Assembly (NCBI GenBank): GCA_029856365.1
Contig: JAHQWW010000093.1
Coordinates: 1 to 14,635 of the forward strand
Source: Candidatus Hodarchaeota archaeon
Lineage (GTDB): Archaea; Asgardarchaeota; Heimdallarchaeia; Hodarchaeales; Hodarchaeaceae
Direction of reading: 5' to 3'
DNA: 14,635 nucleotides
Shown in pieces: positions 8,621 through 14,635 of the stretch; within the stretch, counting starts at the first letter, position 1; every line of letters starts with the position of its first letter. The position numbers were made by a program, and so were the translations under genes. Below the pieces are notes generated by a model that did not search any database, was not told the origin of the DNA, and saw only the letters and a program-made list of their open reading frames with translations.

Positions 8621-9640
8621 ATGTCGAAAGAAAACAGAGAAATTCAAAATATCGCAGATAGAATACTTGAAGACAGTCCTGATCCTACAGTTCAAGTTAG
8701 ATTATTGCGTGATATATTAAGAAAGAATAGAAACAACGCTGAACTAATTGAAGCAAAATCAAGACTAGATGAAAATAAATGGGTGCGGTTACTTAAAAAT
8801 GACCAATGGAAGGATGGGAGCTGGGGAAGATTTCACACTGAAGATACTACCTTTAAACAAAAAGTTCCTACCACCGAAGTGGGGGTTAGTAGAGCCATTT
8901 ATCTTGGTCTTGATGATACTCATCCTGTTATTCAAAATGTTACCAACTATATTGTTGGAATCCTAAACAATTCAATAAAACCTCGAGATGTGGTACCCAA
9001 AAGTTTAGGTCAAAATGTTTGGGATAGTCATATCAATAAGATAGTTGCAGCTTCATTGACCGAAATTAATCCAAATCATTCCATTCTTAATGATTATTTT
9101 GATCTATGGTCAAAAATTATAAAAAGATCCTTCCCTAGTAATTCATATAAGGCACAAAATCAGATTTCTGCATTTCTAGAAATACTAGAAATCAACTATG
9201 ACGAACTTTCGACCCGATTTAAAAAAAGAATAAGGGAAGGGAAAGAGCTCACAATAAATGATGTTTACACTGTAAAGCTAATCGGTTCTCAAATTCATAG
9301 GCTAAATCCTAAATTAGAAAAGGTTTTTTTCGGAACTGTATGGAATCTAGGAATTGGTTACCTAAATGTAAATCTGAAATCTTCTCCAGTTGGTTTAATA
9401 GGATCTAATGCGTTCACAAGGTGGTTGAGGTCCCTTGAAGTTTTAAAACCATATCCTAGCTGGAAATCTTATGTTAAAAAGTTTCTTGAATGGTTTTGGG
9501 ACAACCAAACTAGTACTGGGCTTTGGGATTTTGGAAAAGCACCATTAACCAATAGATCAATAAGATTGTCATCTAGTTGGAGGAAACCGAATGCTCGCAT
9601 CCATGATTGGACAACTCGTATTCTTTTGTTATTAAAATGA
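8621..9640 (+). CDS. Hypothetical protein with QW-like (prenyltransferase/squalene-oxidase repeat) motifs, probable alpha/alpha toroid
   Basis: 339-aa ORF with GGAG RBS; QWKDGSWG and QTSTGLWDFG resemble QxxDGxW repeats; mainly helical composition. Confidence 0.65.
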   Translation: MSKENREIQNIADRILEDSPDPTVQVRLLRDILRKNRNNAELIEAKSRLDENKWVRLLKNDQWKDGSWGRFHTEDTTFKQKVPTTEVGVSRAIYLGLDDTHPVIQNVTNYIVGILNNSIKPRDVVPKSLGQNVWDSHINKIVAASLTEINPNHSILNDYFDLWSKIIKRSFPSNSYKAQNQISAFLEILEINYDELSTRFKKRIREGKELTINDVYTVKLIGSQIHRLNPKLEKVFFGTVWNLGIGYLNVNLKSSPVGLIGSNAFTRWLRSLEVLKPYPSWKSYVKKFLEWFWDNQTSTGLWDFGKAPLTNRSIRLSSSWRKPNARIHDWTTRILLLLK

Positions 9641-9844
9641 TATTTAATTAGTTGTTCATTTAATTTAGACTCTTGAGATGCTAGGAGGTTATATAACAGA
9701 TGTGCAATAATCAACTTTTCTTTAGAACTGTTCTTTAACTCTGGTTTAACGACAACATATATAGTAACATAAATGGCTTCATTCACATAACCAACGTTCA
9801 CTGACATCTTATTAATTAACTTTTAATTAAAGAATATATGAAAT

Positions 9845-9868
9845 CAACGACTTCCTCCGAAAAAATAT
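9845..9868 (+). repeat. 24-bp intergenic direct repeat, copy 2 (CAACGACTTCCTCCGAAAAAATAT)
   Basis: 22/24 identical to 8509..8532. Confidence 0.85.
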
Positions 9869-10078
9869 TGATTGGGAATAGTATTATTCTTATTTTAAAT
9901 GCTTATTATAAAAAACACACAAAAATCATTGATTATATCGTTTTCGATGATAGACTAAATTTAATTTTTATAATTTAACTTCTTTGAAAATTAAAAAACT
10001 GTTATTACATTATAGAAAACCTTATGAATAACGATTTCTTCAATTTTTTATCTTTAAAAGTCTATAGAATGATCTTCA

Positions 10079-11068
10079 ATGGTGGAAATCGTTACTTTAA
10101 AAGGCTCTCCTTATGAGATTGGTCAACAAACAGGGAGAGTAATGCGAGAAGCAGGGGTTGAATTCTATAAACCAAGAGAGAAATCAATCTCTTTTGCGTT
10201 AAGGGTAAAAGAAGCAGTTCAAGATCTCATTCCAGAAATAATTGAAGAAATAAACGGTTTCGTGGAAGCTGGGAACTTTGAATTGGAAACGATACTTAGC
10301 TATGCGCTTACAGTATATAGGAGCGCAGGTTGCACAGTTCTGGCGATCAATGGAGAACATACTTCTGAAGGGAGACATTTATTTTGTAGAAATTATGATA
10401 GTTCTCCAAATGAAACTTTCAGCTTATATAAAACATATCCAAAGGCAAAATTATCACATATTGGGTTTTCTAGTTTGTTGATTGGGCGAGAAGATGGAAT
10501 TAATGAAGCTGGATTAGCAATTGCTGTTACTGGAGTTCCAGGAAAATACACAAACAAATTAGGTTTATGGGATCACATACCAGTAAGAGTAGTACTTGAA
10601 AGATGTAAAACTGTAGAAAAAGCTGTTAATCTATTGGAGGAAATCCCCCATTTATGGGCAAAAAATTTTTTATTATGTGATAAAAGGGGAAAGATAGCTA
10701 TTGTTGAGATCTCAGAGCAAGAGGTTATTGTTTCTTATCCTAAGAGTGGATTGGGAGTGATCACTAATCATTTTCAATCCAAAGTAATGAAGAGATATTA
10801 TGATAAACAATCTGAGATGTATAACACCCATAAGCGGCTTAATAATGCTGAATTATGGTTTAAAGATAAGAAAAGAACAATAGGGGAAAAAGAAGTACGA
10901 AAATTTTTATCAGATACCGAAATAGGAGTATGTTCAAATAAAATGGCAACGGATCCAAAAAAATCTTTTGTAACGATCTGGTCATGGTTTACTGAAGTAG
11001 GTGAAAAATCAATAAGATACAATACAGGGAATCCAGTATCAGGTGATTTTCAATCAGAGAATTTCTGA
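10079..11068 (+). CDS. Peptidase C45 family Ntn-hydrolase (acyl-CoA:6-APA acyltransferase-like)
   Basis: GSPYEIGQQTG, EEINGF, autocleavage site G|CT, RNYD, DGINEAGL, R.VLERCKTVEKAV and TNHF motifs. Confidence 0.9.
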   Translation: MVEIVTLKGSPYEIGQQTGRVMREAGVEFYKPREKSISFALRVKEAVQDLIPEIIEEINGFVEAGNFELETILSYALTVYRSAGCTVLAINGEHTSEGRHLFCRNYDSSPNETFSLYKTYPKAKLSHIGFSSLLIGREDGINEAGLAIAVTGVPGKYTNKLGLWDHIPVRVVLERCKTVEKAVNLLEEIPHLWAKNFLLCDKRGKIAIVEISEQEVIVSYPKSGLGVITNHFQSKVMKRYYDKQSEMYNTHKRLNNAELWFKDKKRTIGEKEVRKFLSDTEIGVCSNKMATDPKKSFVTIWSWFTEVGEKSIRYNTGNPVSGDFQSENF

Positions 11069-11110
11069 TCAGATTATCTTAATACACTTAAACATCACAC
11101 AAAACTCATT

Positions 11111-11125
11111 TATCCCTTTTTTATT
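11111..11125 (+). repeat. TATCCCTTTTTTATT; perfect inverted copy at 12564..12578; may also act as an oligo-T terminator of the C45 gene
   Basis: Exact 15/15 reverse-complement match to AATAAAAAAGGGATA at 12564-12578; begins 43 nt after the C45 stop. Confidence 0.5.
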
Positions 11126-11463
11126 TTATAAATGAAAATTTCTTCTTAATTTCTCCTTGGTGCTATAATTGCATGTTACACAAAATTGTCAAAAATTATG
11201 AAGTCATTTTGAAGTCCGAAAAATCTCGTAAAAGATGTTCTAACAACTACATCATTGTTCGAGCTACTAATCCTCTCCCCACAGATTGGGCTTTACTCGA
11301 GTTTTAGTTGCATAAACCAAAATTTATTTTAAACTGCAGTTAAAATTTTAACAAAAATATCGATTCGTTATCAGAAATATACGCAGTTGGCATTTTTTAT
11401 CACCATGATTGTTCTCCTATTGGAACTAGCTTGATAATAAAGATTTTCACAGGTGTTATACTT

Positions 11464-12153
11464 ATGAGAAAGAGGATCTTACTACTAGGAAGTATCATAA
11501 CAAATCTAATTCTAATTCTTGGATCAAGGATTGTTGTAACAACAGTTTCAAACCCCACGGGGGAATCTACCAACTCTTTTAACCTTATGAGTCCAAATTT
11601 TACCAACGGGTCATATATCCCAAATAGGTATACCTGCATGGGATTAAATATCAATCCTGAATTAGAAATGAGCGGAGTTCCTGCTGAAACACAATCATTA
11701 GCATTAATTCTGGATGATCCTGATGCCATAGCAGTCGCAGGTTACACGTGGGTTCATTGGTTGTTATGGAATATTACACCCTCAATTACAGTTATTGAAG
11801 AGAATTCTGTTCCTAAAAACGCGATTCAAGGTCTTAATAGCTGGGACAAGACCGATTACGGAGGACCATGTCCCCCTAAAGGCAGAGACCATGAATATTT
11901 CTTCAAGTTGTATGCACTAGATATAGAATTAAGCATTTCAAGTACTCATGTGGATAATTTAATGGAAGCAATGGAAGGACATATTATTAACAAAGCAGTA
12001 CTCACTGGTCGGTACTCGAAAAATGGACAACGATCACCTACCACCACAATTACTTCCACAACAACTCAGACAACTCCCAATGTGGAGCTTCTCACATCTC
12101 TCACCTTATTTACTATTCTCTCCCTATGGTATAAAAGGAAAAAAAGAAGCTAA
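11464..12153 (+). CDS. Secreted, C-terminally anchored YbhB/YbcL (PEBP, Raf-kinase-inhibitor-like) protein
   Basis: Signal peptide MRKRILLLG...; YTCMGLNINPEL, LILDDPDA, WVHW, YGGPCPP, HEYFFKLYALD PEBP motifs; Thr-rich linker, TM helix and KRKKRS tail. AGGTG RBS before ATG 11464 favours it over TTG 11431. Confidence 0.9.
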   Translation: MRKRILLLGSIITNLILILGSRIVVTTVSNPTGESTNSFNLMSPNFTNGSYIPNRYTCMGLNINPELEMSGVPAETQSLALILDDPDAIAVAGYTWVHWLLWNITPSITVIEENSVPKNAIQGLNSWDKTDYGGPCPPKGRDHEYFFKLYALDIELSISSTHVDNLMEAMEGHIINKAVLTGRYSKNGQRSPTTTITSTTTQTTPNVELLTSLTLFTILSLWYKRKKRS

Positions 12154-12207
12154 GGTTGTTTAATTTCTCGATACCAGAAGGACATATATTGATCAAAAAA
12201 CCACATA

Positions 12208-12441
12208 TTAATCAATTAATTTAAGGAATTTATCTGGAGTCAGATTAGAATCGGATATCAATCGCCTCAAGAGTCCTGGTTTAAGTTCATTCTGCAAAGG
12301 AACAATAAGAGGTCTTCTCGATGAGTCTGTAGGATGTCTTAATCTGATATGGCTCCCTCGTTGTCTAACAGAAAGCTATCCTAGCTTTACAAACGCCTTA
12401 ATGGCTTTCTTTCCCGAAATAACGGGAAGCTTAGGATTCAT
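12208..12441 (-). pseudogene. hicA: HicA-family toxin with an in-frame amber stop
   Basis: My translation: MNPKLPVISGKKAIKAFVKLG*LSVRQRGSHIRLRHPTDSSRRPLIVPLQNELKPGLLRRLISDSNLTPDKFLKLID*. It has the HicA RQxGSH and VP...ELxxGLL motifs. TAG at codon 22 (complement 12376-12378) sits where an aromatic residue (GF/GY) is usual. Confidence 0.88.
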
Positions 12442-12559
12442 GAAGAATTACCATACTACCTACAAAGGAGTGGTTAGATTCTGGAATAGGTACTCCCTGA
12501 CTTTCTAGATCTTCAATACAAAGTTCAATAGCTTCTTTGATGTTGTCTAAAGCTTCCTA
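12431..12559 (-). pseudogene. hicB: 3' half of a short HicB-family antitoxin
   Basis: My translation: *EALDNIKEAIELCIEDLESQGVPIPESNHSFVGSMVILHES*. It has the classic HicB EAxxNxxEAI...G.PIP segment and overlaps the hicA start by 11 nt. The N-terminal PxLPGC..G.T half is not found upstream. Confidence 0.85.
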
Positions 12560-12563
12560 GTAG

Positions 12564-12812
12564 AATAAAAAAGGGATATTAAAATGTTATTCTTATCACT
12601 ATAGATCCTTTGAAACGCTAGGATATTAAGAATATCATTACACAAAATAAATGAAACTAATATTCAACGAGGATTTAGATATAAGGACATTGTCAGAAAA
12701 AGAAACTACCTAAGAAATTACTTGATAAAGATTCCTTAGCTTGGAACCCCATGATTTCAGAAGATATTATTCATCTAATCAATGTTATATCTAAAATTAT
12801 ATCCCTTTTTAT
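12564..12812. repeat. Nested inverted repeats upstream of fprA
   Basis: AAAAAGGGATAT (12568-12579) pairs with ATATCCCTTTTT (12799-12810); TTTAGATATAA (12675-12685) pairs with TTATATCTAAA (12785-12795). Confidence 0.6.
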
Positions 12813-12823
12813 ATAAAATGGAG
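12806..12823 (+). promoter_or_regulatory. Putative TATA box and RBS of fprA
   Basis: TTTTTATATAAAA about 20-28 nt upstream of TTG 12834, followed by GGAG at 12820-12823. Confidence 0.4.
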
Positions 12824-12833
12824 TGTATAGTAT

Positions 12834-14057
12834 TTGCCAGCAATTAAGTTAACGGAGACAATTTTTTGGATTGGAGTTAATGATCGAACAACTGATCTTT
12901 TTGAAGGCCTCTGGCCAATAAATGATGTTGGAGTCTCGTATAATAGCTATATTATTAAAGGAGAAAAGATTACACTTATAGATTTGGCTAAAGGAATTAA
13001 AGTGGATGATTACTTAAGTCAGGTTGAAGAAGTAGTAGAACCTTCTAATATAGACTACATTGTTATCAATCATGTTGAACCTGATCATACAGGATTAATC
13101 AAAATAATATCTAAATTAGCGCCCAGTGCCACATTTATTGGAACCGAAAAAGCTAAAAACATGATTGCTGATTTCTATCAACTGGAAGACGCAAAAAATA
13201 TCAAATGGAAGGTAGTCACTAATGGAGACGAGATCTCTCTAGGAAATCATCAATTGGTGTTTTATGAAGCACCATTTGTGCATTGGCCAGAAACGATGGT
13301 TACATATGAGAAAAAATCTCAGATATTATTCTCTTGTGATGCATTTGGAAGTTATGGGGCATTAAGTGGAAAAATATTTGACGATGATAAAGGCATTGAT
13401 CAACACTTCTATGAAGAAGAAGCCTTACGTTATTACACCAATATAGTGGCTAAATTTTCCAGATTTGTAATAAAGGCCATTAATTCATTAGAGGGATTAG
13501 AAATCTCAATGATCGCACCAAGTCATGGTCTAGTATGGAGAAAAAACCCAGAACACATTGTAGAACTCTATAAACGATGGGCTGAATATGCAGATGACCC
13601 TTCTGGAGGTGAAACTGGGATCACACTCGTTTATGCCTCAATGTATGGTAATACAAATAAAATGATGAATGCTATTGCTCAAGGAATAGGAAAAACAGGA
13701 ATCCCACTCAAGATTTTTGATGCTGCACGAACACATGTTTCTTTCATTTTACCTTATCTGTGGAAATATAAAGGAGTCATCATTGGAGCTCCGACATATG
13801 AAGTAAATATTTTTCCCCCGATTGCATATATTCTGGATATGGCTTTACGAAAAAGGATTCATAACAAGAAAACAGCCTTTTTTGGTTCTTATGGATGGAA
13901 TGATGGGGCAAAGAGAGATTATGAAAAAATTGCTGAAAAGCTAAAATGGGACATCTTGGAAGCCTTCGACTTTATTGGTGGGCCGTCTGAATTAGATCTG
14001 AAAAAAGGAGAAGATTTTGGAGAAAGAATAGCGAAATTGATTATAAGCTCTGACTAA
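12834..14057 (+). CDS. fprA: Class A flavodiiron protein (O2/NO reductase)
   Basis: GVSYNSYII, HVEPDH, HWPE, SCDAFG and APSHG diiron-ligand motifs; flavodoxin domain YASMYGNT, GAPT, FGSYGW. No fused rubredoxin or flavin-reductase domain. Confidence 0.95.
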   Translation: MPAIKLTETIFWIGVNDRTTDLFEGLWPINDVGVSYNSYIIKGEKITLIDLAKGIKVDDYLSQVEEVVEPSNIDYIVINHVEPDHTGLIKIISKLAPSATFIGTEKAKNMIADFYQLEDAKNIKWKVVTNGDEISLGNHQLVFYEAPFVHWPETMVTYEKKSQILFSCDAFGSYGALSGKIFDDDKGIDQHFYEEEALRYYTNIVAKFSRFVIKAINSLEGLEISMIAPSHGLVWRKNPEHIVELYKRWAEYADDPSGGETGITLVYASMYGNTNKMMNAIAQGIGKTGIPLKIFDAARTHVSFILPYLWKYKGVIIGAPTYEVNIFPPIAYILDMALRKRIHNKKTAFFGSYGWNDGAKRDYEKIAEKLKWDILEAFDFIGGPSELDLKKGEDFGERIAKLIISSD

Positions 14058-14060
14058 AAA

Positions 14061-14088
14061 TCCTCTCTTTGAAAGTTTGAGATGAGGA
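14061..14088. terminator. Possible weak hairpin between the convergent fprA and peroxiredoxin genes
   Basis: TCCTC-TCT pairs with AGA-(T)-GAGGA within a 35-nt convergent gap. Confidence 0.25.
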
Positions 14089-14092
14089 AAGA

Positions 14093-14593
14093 TCAATTCT
14101 GTAGCTTTTCAAGACTCTTGAAAATCTTATCATCGTCTGGAGGACCTTCATTTAGTTCGTGGGGAATATCAATATAACGAATAATTCCTTTTTTGTCAAT
14201 AATGAAGATAGCTCGTTTTCCAAATCCCAAACTGGGGATAAAAGCGTCGTATTTCTTACTCACCTCGGCGTAAGGAACCCAATCAGCAAGGAGAGGATAA
14301 TCCAAACCTCCAAGACTATCTATCCATGCAATATGGACTGGAATTGATGCAACTCCAATTGCTAAAACTTGTGTATTGAGATTTTCAAATTTATCAATTT
14401 GTTTATTATAAGAGGGAAGTTGATGAGAGCATACTGGTGTGAAGTCCTGAGGATAGAACGCAAGCATTACATTTTTCTTTCCTTTATAATCTGAAAGACG
14501 TATTTTTTTTCCATCCTGAGCAGGAAGCGCAAAATCTGGTGCTTCATCTCCAATTTGTAACTTTGATTTGCTTTGAATAACTTTTTCGACCAT
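14093..14593 (-). CDS. 1-Cys peroxiredoxin (AhpE/BCP-like, AhpC/TSA family)
   Basis: GDEAPDFAL, FYPQDFTPVC (PxxxTxxC), YPLLAD, RAIFIIDKKGIIRY; only one Cys in the protein. Confidence 0.93.
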   Translation of the reverse strand: MVEKVIQSKSKLQIGDEAPDFALPAQDGKKIRLSDYKGKKNVMLAFYPQDFTPVCSHQLPSYNKQIDKFENLNTQVLAIGVASIPVHIAWIDSLGGLDYPLLADWVPYAEVSKKYDAFIPSLGFGKRAIFIIDKKGIIRYIDIPHELNEGPPDDDKIFKSLEKLQN

Positions 14594-14635
14594 TTTAAAT
14601 CACTTTGAATTAATAAATAGCTGTTATTTATCTAA

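Noticed and set aside
9325-9336. 12-bp inverted match (TTTTTTCGGAAC) to the 24-bp repeat
   Set aside because: Inside coding sequence and half homopolymer; probably chance.
8509-9868. CRISPR or integron attC interpretation of the 24-bp repeats
   Set aside because: Spacing is 1.3 kb, there are no cas/intI genes, and there is no RYYYAAC...GTTRRRY hairpin structure.
11173-11307. 44-aa small ORF MLHKIVKNYEVILKSEKSRKRCSNNYIIVRATNPLPTDWALLEF
   Set aside because: Weak GGTG upstream but no recognisable family; cannot be supported without a homology search.
11328-11345. Near-palindrome TTTAAACTGCAGTTAAAA
   Set aside because: Single occurrence, about 120 nt from the next start; plausible by chance.
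8769-14347. Nested ORFs 8769..8966, 10278..10481, 10798..11022, 11400..11729, 14159..14347
   Set aside because: They overlap well-supported genes in other frames or strands and have no recognisable motifs.
14093-14593. Selenocysteine in the peroxiredoxin
   Set aside because: The peroxidatic residue is encoded by TGC; there is no in-frame TGA.
1-14635. tRNA/rRNA genes or transposases
   Set aside because: No GC-rich structured RNA segments or transposase/integrase motifs were seen.

Overview
AT-rich prokaryotic window. It is probably archaeal, possibly Asgard/Heimdallarchaeia-like (inferred from TTG starts, TATA-like boxes and an archaeal-type C-terminal sorting tail; not proven). The intact genes are dominated by oxygen and redox handling: a rubredoxin-DUF2231 membrane fusion, cytochrome bd (cydAB), an FMN alpha-hydroxy-acid oxidase/dehydrogenase, Fe-S-free fumarase FumC, flavodiiron protein FprA and a 1-Cys peroxiredoxin. 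A CPA2 antiporter lies among them. An accessory stretch (about 8.1-12.8 kb) holds a truncated methyltransferase, a QW-repeat alpha/alpha-toroid-like protein bracketed by 24-bp direct repeats, a C45 Ntn-hydrolase, a surface-anchored PEBP/YbhB protein and a decayed hicB-hicA toxin-antitoxin pair missing from the ORF track. That stretch ends in nested inverted repeats including a dif-like site. The window begins in a frameshifted UbiA-family prenyltransferase gene.
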